This document shows positions 19,642 through 29,911 of a stretch of 64,000 bases of DNA, piece by piece (position 1 is the first letter of the stretch; every line of letters begins with the position of its first letter). The DNA is from a virus: positions 23,795 to 87,794 of IMG/VR virus record IMGVR_UViG_3300025122_000009; one strand, 5' to 3'. The translations under genes were made by a program, and so were the position numbers. The notes beneath the pieces were generated by a model. The model was given only the letters and a program-made list of their open reading frames with translations. It was not told the DNA's origin and did no database searches.

Positions 19642-20499
19642 ATGGCGTTTGAGTGGTGGAACATGAAGTTGGGTCCGAAGCCGGAAAGTCGGAGCGTGGC
19701 ATATGATGATGAGAGTTCCGCTTACGCCAATTATCGCAACTTATATATTAATTTTTTAGGAGTGGGGACAGGCCGCGCCGTTCGTTTTAAAGCATTCTTA
19801 ACGGACTTTTCTGATGACTTCTCTTCAAATTGGAACGAAGAAGAAGTATATGGAAGGATGGACCCTATTCTTACTTTCCAATCAACAAAGCGTGCTTTGA
19901 CTTTTGCTTTTGATGTCCCTTCCGCTAACTATGCTGAAGCGGTTGCTAATTTTCGACGCCTTTCGCTACTGATCGGCCTGTTATATCCCGGGTATTCCGG
20001 AGGGGGTGCTAACGCACTTTCCACCGCACCGCTGTTCAAAGTTTCCTTTACCAATTGGGTGAACACAGGTACTGGAGGAGCGGTCCAGGAGAGCGGACTC
20101 GTGGGAGGCATCAAAGGATTCAATTTTACGCCGGATTTAGAAGCGGGAGTGTGGGACGATCCGGGCTTTGTTACGCCCAAAATATTTAGTGTTAGTTGTG
20201 ACATGACTGTGTTACATACTGAAGCTTTGGGGTGGTCAGGCAGTAGCTGGAGAGGCCGAGGACCCGGGACGCAGTTCCCTTATGGTGCACCCTTTATGGA
20301 ACAGCCGGAGGGAATGGAATTGCCGGATAAAGAGGTCACGCAACAGAACGATGCGGGGTCATCGGGAACGGATGAAATGGTGGAGGCGGCTGAAGAGATT
20401 ATTTTGGAGGGTGGAATGTCAATGGACCCGAACCAAGCCGGCGCACCGATGACCTCGGCAGACGAAACCGCTGACTACACTGTTAACACTTTAGACTAG
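19642..20499 (+). CDS. Baseplate/tail-tube initiator protein (gp48/gp54-like)
   Basis: FKAFLTDFSDDFSSNWNEEEVYGRMDPI.TFQSTKR; follows TMP. Confidence 0.65.
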   Translation: MAFEWWNMKLGPKPESRSVAYDDESSAYANYRNLYINFLGVGTGRAVRFKAFLTDFSDDFSSNWNEEEVYGRMDPILTFQSTKRALTFAFDVPSANYAEAVANFRRLSLLIGLLYPGYSGGGANALSTAPLFKVSFTNWVNTGTGGAVQESGLVGGIKGFNFTPDLEAGVWDDPGFVTPKIFSVSCDMTVLHTEALGWSGSSWRGRGPGTQFPYGAPFMEQPEGMELPDKEVTQQNDAGSSGTDEMVEAAEEIILEGGMSMDPNQAGAPMTSADETADYTVNTLD

Positions 20500-20515
20500 G
20501 AAGGTATATAATAAA

Positions 20516-20854
20516 ATGGCATCAAGATATATAAATCGTAAAATTACGAGAAACGATAATAAACTTTACAAATCGGTGTTTGAGGATAGAAATGTTAAGT
20601 ATATTAGACAGTTTCGTTCACCGGTTCTGGCTTATCCTACAGCAGATCAGATGCGTCTCGTTCAAAAGGTTGGCCATATTTGGACACTGGGTGACAGATA
20701 TTATAAATTAGCGCATAAACATTACGGAGAATCTCAGTATTGGTGGGTAATTGCTTGGTTTAATAAAAAGCCCACGGAAGCACACGTCGCGCTGGGTGAT
20801 ACCATTTATGTGCCGCTTCCTTTACACGCAATTTTAGGCATGCTACAGGTATAA
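20516..20854 (+). CDS. LysM-like baseplate wedge protein (gp53/tail-X-like)
   Basis: GDRYYKLAHKHYGESQYWWVIAWFN...GDTIYVP. Confidence 0.75.
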   Translation: MASRYINRKITRNDNKLYKSVFEDRNVKYIRQFRSPVLAYPTADQMRLVQKVGHIWTLGDRYYKLAHKHYGESQYWWVIAWFNKKPTEAHVALGDTIYVPLPLHAILGMLQV

Positions 20855-20858
20855 AAGA

Positions 20859-23465
20859 ATGAGTACTGAGCCCACAGTCACTACCGATGCGGATCAAAAT
20901 CCAGCCGGTCAACCAAGATTTGCAGAACAGTGTTACTTATTATGGAATTGGTCAACCTTCCATAAACAAAATTTGAGTCAGACCTATAGTAATTTTACTG
21001 TTTTAATGGGTGAACCCTCGATGATTATTAACCGCCTTCTGTCTAAAAAAGGAATAGAGAGGCTCTTTGAACTGAAGCCTGTTGAAGTATCTGCTCTGGT
21101 CCCTAAAATTCGCATCTTCAAATCTCGTCCCGGAGGAGGGGCAGATCAAGAATTAATATTTCAGGACCATACCTCCCGCTCTTCGATTGAAAACATTATG
21201 AAAAGTGGTTATGGCCGTGGCGACGGTATTGGCATTAAAGGTTTTGATTATGAACTAGAGGGGGGTGCACCAAAGGGCGGCGCCGCGATGGTCCAAAAGG
21301 GATCTACCAAGCTTAATTTTAAATTTTTATTTCAAAATTTGGAAATGTTAGTTCACCGAAGCGAAGGTCACCCCGCTTTAATTGATTTACTTACATTACC
21401 TCCCGCAAGCGATCAGCCGCCCCTCAATTGCCCCGAAGGGGGCGCTGTAAATATTTCTCATTTATGGGATACAAAAGAGTTTGTCATGAAGGTGGTGTAT
21501 GGGTGGGCGGTCCCCAACGGGTCTTTGATTAGTAATGACCTCAAGGCCGCGATTCGCGGCGCTGCTACCACTTTGATGGTAAACACTACCGGGCACGATC
21601 TAGATTTTCAACTAGACGGAAGCGTTCAGTTGAGTGTGGATGCCACGGGATATGCCGATGCCGTCCTGCGTGATCCGCTTTCTGATGTTTTGTGGCTCGA
21701 CAAGAAACGATCTAAAAATCAGGATATGAAAAAAACGGAGATAGAGGACACTAAAAAAGAGTTGGATGAGGCCAAAAAATTAAAGGAAGAGGGTGAAAAA
21801 GAAGAGGCGACAGCAGAGAAGGAGCAGAGTGGTTGGCAAGACCTCGGTGACATGGTTGGTCTGGGCAGCGATGCAAACCAAGACGCCGAGAAAAAAATTG
21901 AGGATGCGGAAGCGGTCATAGATAAAAAAGAAGAGGAGGTGAAGGCCGCAGCGAAAGCTTATGATAAAGATGCGGCGGCCAATAAAGTGTTTGTATATCA
22001 GAGATTATTGAATGCCCTTAACACGTCGGGGCGAATACTTTATTTCGATTTAACACCGGAACAAATTACCGCTTATGAGGCCGATGTGGCCGCCACTCTT
22101 AAGGCGCGTTCTGGAGCCGGCGCCAAAGCTCCAGCCCCGGCCTCTCCAGAAGCATCAGATACCAAAGGGCCCGAAGAGAAGGAGAAGGAGATAGCCGAAG
22201 CCAAACCAGCAGAGCAGGAGGAGTTAGAAAAGAAGGATGTAGAGGGAAACGAGTCCACCCAGCCTGAAATAAAGCCTCAGACCGCTGACCCTGGAGAGAC
22301 ACCTGTTGGAGATAATAACACTGCCGTGGAAAAGGCTGTTGAAAAAACCGTCGAAGACCCCGAAGGGGCCAAAAAGGACTTGGAGAAGCATATAGAAACA
22401 AATTTAGTCCAAACAGGCGGCCAGTCTCCCATTAACAGAGTCTTTTATTTCTACTATGGCGACCTTTTGGACGTAGTATTTGGAGTGTTAAATGACAACC
22501 CCGCTGCTATAAATATAAGATCAATGTTAGGGCCGATTTCTTTTACTGATGCCAAAACTAACGTTAAAACGATTTGTAATTTGGCTGACATTCCTATTTC
22601 GTTAAATAAGTTTTTAGAGTGGTTTAACCGTAACGTGGTGGGGGAAGGGGTGACGGAATATCTTTTAGAAAAGTTTGTGAAGGATACTATTAAAGGGCTA
22701 TTGATGTCGGCACTAGGGGATGATTGCTGGGAAAGTCAAGGTGCCCCCACACCGTCGCCCACTGTGGCCATGATTCCCTTGATTGTGCCGGGGACAGGCG
22801 AGGGCGGCCAGGAAGCTAGAATCCCGAAAGGGGGGCGCCTCAACGTAGGGGACATATCGTCTGTGAACATTAAAGAATTGGTTCCTGGCACCGAAGACCG
22901 CAGCGCCACTGGCCTTCATACTTATATTTACATATACTCATATGCATGGTCGGCGGGAGATTTAAACGGGGATCCTGCAGCCGATTATGACAAAGGCATC
23001 TATCATCTTAATATTGGAGGAGACCGAGGGCTTGTTAAAAGTATGAAGTTCAGTAAAATAAGCATGCCCCACATAGAGGCTTCCCGGGCGCTCAAACAAA
23101 GTTGTGATTTGAGACACCTACAACAAGCGTATAAAATTGTAGTAGAGATGATTGGCAATTCGATATTTAAGCCCGGGCAAATGGTCTATATTAATCCCTC
23201 CACTATGGGCAGCGGAGATCCTCAGTCGCGTCGTCTTATCACAGAGAAACTGGGCTTGGGTGGGTATTACACGATACAGAAAGTGTCTGGCGATATTACT
23301 GCGGCGGGATTTCGCACTACCATAGAGGGTGTGCGCGAGCACGGAAGCGAGAATAGTGATCCTAAAACCCAACCTCCTACTGATGGCGCCGCTGCAACGG
23401 AACCACCTGTGGATGCCATACCTGACAATATGACTCTTCCGAAGGGCATAACCCCGGACCAATAA
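20859..23465 (+). CDS. Baseplate hub protein (gp27/late control D-like) with charged insertion
   Basis: C-terminal VEMIGNSIFKPGQMVYI...GGYYTIQKV...FRTTIEG; baseplate synteny. Confidence 0.6.
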   Translation: MSTEPTVTTDADQNPAGQPRFAEQCYLLWNWSTFHKQNLSQTYSNFTVLMGEPSMIINRLLSKKGIERLFELKPVEVSALVPKIRIFKSRPGGGADQELIFQDHTSRSSIENIMKSGYGRGDGIGIKGFDYELEGGAPKGGAAMVQKGSTKLNFKFLFQNLEMLVHRSEGHPALIDLLTLPPASDQPPLNCPEGGAVNISHLWDTKEFVMKVVYGWAVPNGSLISNDLKAAIRGAATTLMVNTTGHDLDFQLDGSVQLSVDATGYADAVLRDPLSDVLWLDKKRSKNQDMKKTEIEDTKKELDEAKKLKEEGEKEEATAEKEQSGWQDLGDMVGLGSDANQDAEKKIEDAEAVIDKKEEEVKAAAKAYDKDAAANKVFVYQRLLNALNTSGRILYFDLTPEQITAYEADVAATLKARSGAGAKAPAPASPEASDTKGPEEKEKEIAEAKPAEQEELEKKDVEGNESTQPEIKPQTADPGETPVGDNNTAVEKAVEKTVEDPEGAKKDLEKHIETNLVQTGGQSPINRVFYFYYGDLLDVVFGVLNDNPAAINIRSMLGPISFTDAKTNVKTICNLADIPISLNKFLEWFNRNVVGEGVTEYLLEKFVKDTIKGLLMSALGDDCWESQGAPTPSPTVAMIPLIVPGTGEGGQEARIPKGGRLNVGDISSVNIKELVPGTEDRSATGLHTYIYIYSYAWSAGDLNGDPAADYDKGIYHLNIGGDRGLVKSMKFSKISMPHIEASRALKQSCDLRHLQQAYKIVVEMIGNSIFKPGQMVYINPSTMGSGDPQSRRLITEKLGLGGYYTIQKVSGDITAAGFRTTIEGVREHGSENSDPKTQPPTDGAAATEPPVDAIPDNMTLPKGITPDQ

Positions 23466-23480
23466 TGAGGGAAAAAATAT

Positions 23481-24893
23481 ATGAAAGATAGAAAACCTCT
23501 TAACAATAAAATTTTCACCCCTCAAGGGAAAAATGGCCTTAATGCGATTGCGTCCTATAAATTCCGGAAGTTTTACAAGGATAAGTATCTTCAAATGCAC
23601 AAGCCATTTGAAAAAGCTTTAATAGATTTGTGGTACGATAAACCCTTGTTTGGAAAAGTTAGTGCGGAGGGAGACGCCATTTTTCTTTCGGAAACAAATT
23701 TGAAGCAGCTTAGGGTGGAGGGAGACAAAACTCTTTTTGCGGTTGATTTTGTAGCCGATGCGTTTAGCGATCTGCAAACACACTTTGTGGAAGCTGCTTT
23801 TCAGAGAAGAATAAAAACAGAAGACACCCCCTATGTTTCCCTAGATCCTCAGATAGCATGGGCTCCAATTGGCAATATGTACCACAATTATTTGACCTCT
23901 ATTTATAAGAGTTTCGTGTCCAATTATATAACGTCCCGAGGCGCCGAAAGAAAAATAGGAAATTTTGACGCCTTTGTACAATTGTTTATTATGTTCTTGC
24001 GTGATGTAGGAGTAGATTTTCCCTTTACTCGAACAGGTTTTATATTATCTAACCGATGTCCCAATACGGTGTCTGGGTTGATGATTGATCTAGCGGGAGC
24101 AGCCCATGGCGCCGACTTAAAAAAGGTAAATAGTTTTATAAAAGATCGCAATTTTAGATTTTTTCGTGATTCCGCTAAAAATTTTGGTTTTATGGTAGAT
24201 CGGAACGCCCCTTGGCGTTTGGTAGCAGATCTATCATCGCCCAAGATGCAGGAGTACATAGCACGCTATGGCTTGTGGGATAGTAGCAGCGATATGATAG
24301 ATAAATATTATTATAAGTCTCATCGCTTGGATATAGAGACGATGAAGGCGTATTTGGTTGAGTTTTACAACTCTTTTGCCCTCGAACTCCCCTATACGGA
24401 TTGCCCCACTCAGATTGTATCTTGGGATACGCCCGGGACAACCGGGAACAAAGAAAGAATTTCTCGAAGGAGAATTTTTAGACAAAAGGTGACACGACAG
24501 CAAGTAGATGCGGCTTACGGGCCTACATTTTGGCTGAAAACATATTTATTAATACGCATGTATGAAAGTGGCGCCGCAGTTACTTGGAGCCGGGATCGTT
24601 TTAAAAATAAAACAAAGCAAGTGTTTGAATATTACAAAGTGTTTGACTTTGAGACCGCAATAGGGTATATTAATGATTGGGCGAAGAAAGAGATGAAACT
24701 CAATCTTGCTAAAATGCTAGCTACGGATAAGTCTTTAGGAGTATCGGCATCCGACATACAAAAAGCACAGGATCAATATCCACAGACAGGACCAAGCGTA
24801 AATGACATTATTTCAGGTTATCAAGAGCCAAAAGAGAAGCCAAAAGAAACCAACATCGGCAAATCTACTGTATTTGACCCCCCACTTGACTAA
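23481..24893 (+). CDS. Hypothetical phage protein
   Basis: 470-aa ORF with GAGG RBS; contains FGFMVDRNAPWRLVADL. Confidence 0.75.
   Translation: MKDRKPLNNKIFTPQGKNGLNAIASYKFRKFYKDKYLQMHKPFEKALIDLWYDKPLFGKVSAEGDAIFLSETNLKQLRVEGDKTLFAVDFVADAFSDLQTHFVEAAFQRRIKTEDTPYVSLDPQIAWAPIGNMYHNYLTSIYKSFVSNYITSRGAERKIGNFDAFVQLFIMFLRDVGVDFPFTRTGFILSNRCPNTVSGLMIDLAGAAHGADLKKVNSFIKDRNFRFFRDSAKNFGFMVDRNAPWRLVADLSSPKMQEYIARYGLWDSSSDMIDKYYYKSHRLDIETMKAYLVEFYNSFALELPYTDCPTQIVSWDTPGTTGNKERISRRRIFRQKVTRQQVDAAYGPTFWLKTYLLIRMYESGAAVTWSRDRFKNKTKQVFEYYKVFDFETAIGYINDWAKKEMKLNLAKMLATDKSLGVSASDIQKAQDQYPQTGPSVNDIISGYQEPKEKPKETNIGKSTVFDPPLD
24643..24671 (+). promoter_or_regulatory. Sigma70-like promoter, internal to the upstream gene, ahead of the polA-like gene
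   Basis: TTGACT-N17-TATATT. Confidence 0.5.
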
Positions 24894-26010
24894 TACGGTA
24901 CCTACTAGCGGTCGGACTTGGCGACATCACCCTTGTTTGGAGGAGGGCTCTTATGAATACGCTAACCTTTATTGCGAGGGCAAGACTTTAGATGAAGTGT
25001 GCCCTGCAGCGCTGCGTGACAAGTGGGAAATTCAAACTAAACGCTTGAAGGCTTTTTATCGCGCTTTTAGGGAGGCTAAGGTTGATCTGACAGAACATTG
25101 TTTTTATGAGCAACTCCCTCCTGGTTTGTTAAAAGAATATTTGGAGTTGAAAAACCAGATTACTACTCACGTCTTTGATACTTATCCAAAACCTGCGAAT
25201 TATGATTTTTTGTTTGAGTTAACAAAAGTAGTAGAAGAAATAAAAGAAAGAAAAATAAATGTTGATCCTTCTATTTTAAAGAAGCGCTTTGCAGAATATA
25301 AAGTGCGCCAATTTTATAAAAAAATCTCCCACACCTATCCTTCCATTTCTTATAATATTTTTGGAACAAAAACAGGACGCCTTACTACCACCAAGGGTAG
25401 TTTTCCCATCTTAACGATAGATAAAAGTTATCGTTCTATAATCAGACCACAAAATGATTTTTTTGTCGAATTGGATTTCAACGCAGCGGAATTGAGGACG
25501 CTGCTTGCATTGGGAGAACACGAACAGCCGGTGGAGGATTTACACGACTGGAATGCGGAACATGTTTATCGGGGATTGTTATCCCGAGAGGAATCAAAGA
25601 AGAGAATTTTTTCTTGGCTCTATAATCCTTCATCGAAAGATTATTTGTCGGCCCGGGCCTATGACAGAAAGAAAGTGCTTGAAAAATACTGGGATGGTAA
25701 AGTTGTAAGAACTCCTCTTGGGAGAGAGATCGATGCTGACCAGCACCACGCTCTCAACTATATTATTCAAAGTACCACGAGTGATTTATTTTTGGATAGA
25801 ATGATAGCGGTACATAAATTTTTGGCAGACAGAAAATCCTTTATTTCTTTTTCAATACATGATAGCCTAGTAATTGATTTTGCTGAAAGCGAGCGCAACT
25901 TGATTTCCGACATTGCTCAAATTTTTTCGCAGACAATTTTTTCAGATTTTTTGACTAATGTTCGAGAAGGTCAAAATTATGGAGATATGGACGTAAGATG
26001 CAAACTGTAA
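24802..26010 (+). CDS. Compact family A DNA polymerase-like protein (polymerase domain only)
   Basis: KTGRLTT, motif A ELDFNAAELR, motif B REESKKRIF...Y, NYIIQST, motif C SIHDSLVID; no exonuclease domain recognisable. Confidence 0.75.
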   Translation: MTLFQVIKSQKRSQKKPTSANLLYLTPHLTNTVPTSGRTWRHHPCLEEGSYEYANLYCEGKTLDEVCPAALRDKWEIQTKRLKAFYRAFREAKVDLTEHCFYEQLPPGLLKEYLELKNQITTHVFDTYPKPANYDFLFELTKVVEEIKERKINVDPSILKKRFAEYKVRQFYKKISHTYPSISYNIFGTKTGRLTTTKGSFPILTIDKSYRSIIRPQNDFFVELDFNAAELRTLLALGEHEQPVEDLHDWNAEHVYRGLLSREESKKRIFSWLYNPSSKDYLSARAYDRKKVLEKYWDGKVVRTPLGREIDADQHHALNYIIQSTTSDLFLDRMIAVHKFLADRKSFISFSIHDSLVIDFAESERNLISDIAQIFSQTIFSDFLTNVREGQNYGDMDVRCKL

Positions 26011-26864
26011 TTGGATTGGGCCAAGCCGGTTTTAATATCGCGACGGGTTTCGCGAAATACCCTCAGTATAATGTTTATACGCTGGATTCCGAGGCGCAGC
26101 ACACTCCTAACCACTTTCTTCTTCCCAAGTGTGCGAACCATGAGGAGTACGAGTCGCGTACTCCAGATTTGTCAGGATACTTTAAAGAAATCCCAGAGGG
26201 GGAAGAGGTATTATTTATTATTGGGGGCGGAGGAACTGTAAGTGGTGCTTCTCTTGCGATTTTGCAGCAACTTCAAAAGTGCAAAATTCACCTCCTTTAT
26301 ATTAAGCCCGATATCTCTCTAGTGAGTGAACAAAGGATGAAGCAGGAACGTGTGGTCTTCAATATTCTCCAAGAATATGCGCGATCTAGTGTTTTTGAAC
26401 GCATTATTTTAATTGACAATATGGAACTAGATAGAATAGCGGGAGGGGCTCCGGTAATAGGATATTATAAGGAATTGAATAAAATTTTAATTTCTGCTCT
26501 TCACATGATAAACGTCTTTACCCACTCTGAAGCTGTTATGAACACAATCGCCAAACCGCTTGAAATGACGCGCATTACAACGGTTGGCGTTCTAGATGTG
26601 GAAAAAAACGAAGAGAAGTTGTTTTTTCCCTTGACAGCGACTAGGGAAAAGAGTTATTATTATGCAGTGAACAACGAAACGTTAAAAACGGATCGCGAGC
26701 TATTTAAAACTATTACTGGACAACTGAAAGAAAAAATTATTGAGGATAAACTGAAAATCTCATACGGAATTTATTCAACTCAGTATAAAAAGAATTATGG
26801 TTTTTTAATCGCTCGAAGTTCTATGGTGCAAGGCATTATCTTAGAAAAAACCGAGGAGGAATAA
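25998..26864 (+). CDS. Tubulin/FtsZ-family protein (PhuZ/TubZ-like)
   Basis: N-terminal IGLGQAGFNIA, signature-like GGGGTVSG, ILIDN, YKELN. Confidence 0.7.
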   Translation: MQTVIGLGQAGFNIATGFAKYPQYNVYTLDSEAQHTPNHFLLPKCANHEEYESRTPDLSGYFKEIPEGEEVLFIIGGGGTVSGASLAILQQLQKCKIHLLYIKPDISLVSEQRMKQERVVFNILQEYARSSVFERIILIDNMELDRIAGGAPVIGYYKELNKILISALHMINVFTHSEAVMNTIAKPLEMTRITTVGVLDVEKNEEKLFFPLTATREKSYYYAVNNETLKTDRELFKTITGQLKEKIIEDKLKISYGIYSTQYKKNYGFLIARSSMVQGIILEKTEEE

Positions 26865-26865
26865 T

Positions 26866-27129
26866 ATGTCTATTCGTATACGTGCGTATGTGGGAACATT
26901 TGAGAAAAAAAATGGCCAAGAGCGAGCTATGAAATTTGCTCGGCTGGAGGATTTACCAGAGGGGTTTGTGGAACAAAAAACTAAAGGGACTAACAAAACT
27001 CGCAAACTCGTGGAGGGCAATGAATTGGTGTGGGATCTTGATGAGAAGAGTTTCCGCGTTTTTAATTGGAATACCGCGAAGGGGGATGTTTCACAAATCG
27101 AAAATTTTTCTCTTGACAGCCTAGACTAG
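26866..27129 (+). CDS. Small SH3/Sm-like beta-barrel protein (WYL_2/DUF2693-like)
   Basis: FEKKNGQERAM...VWDLDEKSFRVFNW pattern. Confidence 0.55.
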   Translation: MSIRIRAYVGTFEKKNGQERAMKFARLEDLPEGFVEQKTKGTNKTRKLVEGNELVWDLDEKSFRVFNWNTAKGDVSQIENFSLDSLD

Positions 27130-27141
27130 GTATGTTAATAT
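27113..27141 (+). promoter_or_regulatory. Sigma70-like promoter for the SSB-recA block
   Basis: TTGACA-N17-TAATAT with extended -10 TG. Confidence 0.7.
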
Positions 27142-27198
27142 TAGTGTCAGATGTTCAGAAAATTTGCTGGGCATACTCTAACTATAAGGAAAAAAATA

Positions 27199-27939
27199 AT
27201 GGGTATTGATCTTAAGAAAATTAAAGCAAGAAAAATGGCGTTGGACAACAGAGGAGGTAACAGTAACTTTTGGCGTCCTCAAGATGGCGACCAAACCATT
27301 CGTATTGTACCAACTCCAGATGGAGATCCCTTCAAGGATTTCTTTTTTCATTATAACGTAGGCAAAAATTCGGGTTTTGTGTGCCCCAAAAAGAATTTTG
27401 GTGATGACTGTCCTGTATGCGGATTTGCTACAAAGCTTTATAATGAAGGGACTGACGACAGCATCAAGATGGCAAAGTCTCTCTTTGCTCGTCAACGCTT
27501 CTTCTCTCCCGTAGTTGTGCGTGGTGAAGAGGCGGATGGGGTGCGCATTTGGGGTTATGGGAAGATGGCGTATGAGTCACTTCTTAACTTGGTGTTGAAT
27601 CCTGAGTATGGCGATATCACCGATGCTGAAGAAGGCACCGATCTTATTCTTACGTATGGGAAGCCTCCCGGTGCTACCTTCCCACAGACAAAGCTCCAAC
27701 CTCGGAGACAATCATCTCCGCTTTGTCAGGACGGTCCAGAAAAGTGTGCTGAAATGATGGAAAGCATTCCAGAATTTGAGGGGCTTTTTGAGCGCAAAAC
27801 TACAGAACAAGTGGGCGCGATGTTAGACGAGTTTTTGGCTGACGAAGATAGTGCTGAAGACAGTTCTGTAGAAACTTCTAAGTATAACGCCAAGGAAACA
27901 TCATCAGTTGATGATGCTTTCAGCGAATTGCTTAGTTAG
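27199..27939 (+). CDS. Single-stranded DNA-binding protein, T4 gp32-like
   Basis: FWRP, IRIVP, His/Cys Zn site (FHY...CP...DCPVC), acidic tail DDAFSELLS; AGGA RBS before ATG 27199. Confidence 0.85.
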   Translation: MGIDLKKIKARKMALDNRGGNSNFWRPQDGDQTIRIVPTPDGDPFKDFFFHYNVGKNSGFVCPKKNFGDDCPVCGFATKLYNEGTDDSIKMAKSLFARQRFFSPVVVRGEEADGVRIWGYGKMAYESLLNLVLNPEYGDITDAEEGTDLILTYGKPPGATFPQTKLQPRRQSSPLCQDGPEKCAEMMESIPEFEGLFERKTTEQVGAMLDEFLADEDSAEDSSVETSKYNAKETSSVDDAFSELLS

Positions 27940-28007
27940 TAAATGCCCGCAGGGAGGCATGGGGTTACAGATGTCTCAACTTACATTAATCAATACGAGG
28001 AAGAAGA

Positions 28008-29117
28008 ATGGCAAAAGCAAAAAAAGCTGGCAAGCTTTCGATTGCGGACATGCGTAGTTTAATTAACCGAAAAGCCGGCATGCCGGTGGCTCACAATTTA
28101 AGCGAAGAAAATCCCACCCAAGTTGCCGATTGGATTCCAACAGGTTCGCGGTGGCTCGATTCTATTGTTTGTCGAGGTAAGCTGGCAGGAATTCCGGTGG
28201 GGAAAGTCTCCGAGATCGCTGGCCTCGAATCTACTGGGAAATCATACATGGCAGCTCAAGTCGCAGCAAATGCCCAGAAAATGGGTATCGATGTGATTTA
28301 TTTTGATTCCGAATCAGCGATTGATCCGAGCTTCTTGGAGCGCGCCGGTTGTGATTTGGATACTCTTCTTTATGTTCAGGCGCAATCTGTTGAATTTGTG
28401 CTAGAGACTATTGAGGATCTGCTGGGCTCCAATGAAAACAGAATGCTGTTTATTTGGGATTCGTTGGCCTTAACCCCAGCTATTTCTGATATCGAGGGAG
28501 ATTTTAATCCTCTTTCATCAATGGCGGTCAAGGCTAGGATTTTGGCCAAGGGAATGTCTAAGTTGACCGTTCCTATTGCCAATACTCAATCAACTTTTTT
28601 GGTTCTCAACCAATTGAAAACCAACATCACCCGCAGCCCTTCTGAGGCAATGACCACACCTTATATGACTCCTGGTGGTAAGGCGATGATTTATTCTTAT
28701 TCGCTGCGCGTGTGGCTGACAGGGCGTAAAGCCAAAGCGTCATATATCATCGATGATAAGGGATATCGCATCGGTTCCGAAGTGAAGGTTCGGTTGGAAA
28801 AGAGCCGATTTGGTACACAGGGAAGACAATGTAATTTTAAAATTTTGTGGGGTGAGGAAATTGGTGTTCAAGACGAGGAGAGTTGGTTTGAGGCCGTTAA
28901 AGGTTCTAAGCATTTGGCCTCATCGGGAGCGTGGTATACTCTTGCACATGCGGACGGCACCGAAGAAAAATTTCAACCTTCTAAGTGGCCTGAAAAAATT
29001 CAAGATGAGAAGTTTAGGACCAGAATTTTAGAAATCATGGATGAAGAAGTGATTTTAAAATTTGACAAGCGGGAGGTAGACGCCGACCAGTTCTACAATT
29101 CTGAAGAAGCGGTCTAG
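28008..29117 (+). CDS. recA: RecA/UvsX recombinase
   Basis: IPTGS, Walker A GLESTGKS, YFDSE, IWDSLA, TPGGKA. Confidence 0.92.
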   Translation: MAKAKKAGKLSIADMRSLINRKAGMPVAHNLSEENPTQVADWIPTGSRWLDSIVCRGKLAGIPVGKVSEIAGLESTGKSYMAAQVAANAQKMGIDVIYFDSESAIDPSFLERAGCDLDTLLYVQAQSVEFVLETIEDLLGSNENRMLFIWDSLALTPAISDIEGDFNPLSSMAVKARILAKGMSKLTVPIANTQSTFLVLNQLKTNITRSPSEAMTTPYMTPGGKAMIYSYSLRVWLTGRKAKASYIIDDKGYRIGSEVKVRLEKSRFGTQGRQCNFKILWGEEIGVQDEESWFEAVKGSKHLASSGAWYTLAHADGTEEKFQPSKWPEKIQDEKFRTRILEIMDEEVILKFDKREVDADQFYNSEEAV

Positions 29118-29136
29118 TTACTTATAAGGAGATAGA

Positions 29137-29886
29137 ATGAGTCCACAATTTAGAAAGTATTATGCTATAACGGTCATGATTATTCTGGCACTATTGATCG
29201 TAGAAGCATTATGTTGCCAATGTGCGAACGCGAAAGAAAAGCTCACTTACGACATTAATGTTTTAAGTGCGAATGTGGCAAAGGCTGTTATGGTTTATAA
29301 GCCGGATAAGCATGAGAACAAAGAAGTCCTAAAACTGTTTGGTACTTTGGAGACTAAAGAAAACTGGGCTAAGTTTTATTCTGTCCAACACAAGGTGGCA
29401 TCTATCGTGCTGGAGGATGATTTTCCTATTTTATCCGAGATGCATCTTAACAAAAACAACAACAAAAAGCGCTATACCTTACATTTTGGACCTGAAGGGA
29501 TTGCCGGCTCAAAGAAGGTAAAGGGTAAAAAAGAAAGAGCTATTATCCAACCCACCACTGTACCTACTCACGACTTATTAAGCTGGATAAATTATCTTAG
29601 GAATCATGATTTGGAAGTTGGTAAACCTTTTAGGTTTAAAATATTTAGTGGCAATCATTTTTATATGGTGGAATGCTTCCCCGGCAAAGTAGAAGATGTA
29701 TGGACTAAAATGGGAATCATCCCAGCACATAAAATAGATGCGTCTATCCAGGGCCTTGGAAGGAAGAAGAAGTTTAAGAAAGAGGTAAAGGCGTGGATTA
29801 GCGCAGATAGAAAAAAATTACCATTAAAAATGATTTTTGGCTTGACTTTTGGTGAGATTAGGGTTATTCTATCTAACGTAGACTGA
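29137..29886 (+). CDS. Exported beta-rich protein, DUF3108-like
   Basis: Signal peptide then EKLTYDI, HDLLSWINYLR, EDVWTKMGIIPA, WISADRKKLPLKM. Confidence 0.55.
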   Translation: MSPQFRKYYAITVMIILALLIVEALCCQCANAKEKLTYDINVLSANVAKAVMVYKPDKHENKEVLKLFGTLETKENWAKFYSVQHKVASIVLEDDFPILSEMHLNKNNNKKRYTLHFGPEGIAGSKKVKGKKERAIIQPTTVPTHDLLSWINYLRNHDLEVGKPFRFKIFSGNHFYMVECFPGKVEDVWTKMGIIPAHKIDASIQGLGRKKKFKKEVKAWISADRKKLPLKMIFGLTFGEIRVILSNVD

Positions 29887-29911
29887 AATTTTTATTAAGG
29901 AGAGAGAGAAA

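Noticed and set aside
25998-26864. Evidence for a nucleus-forming phage
   Set aside because: Tubulin alone is insufficient; no chimallin or multisubunit RNAP in the window
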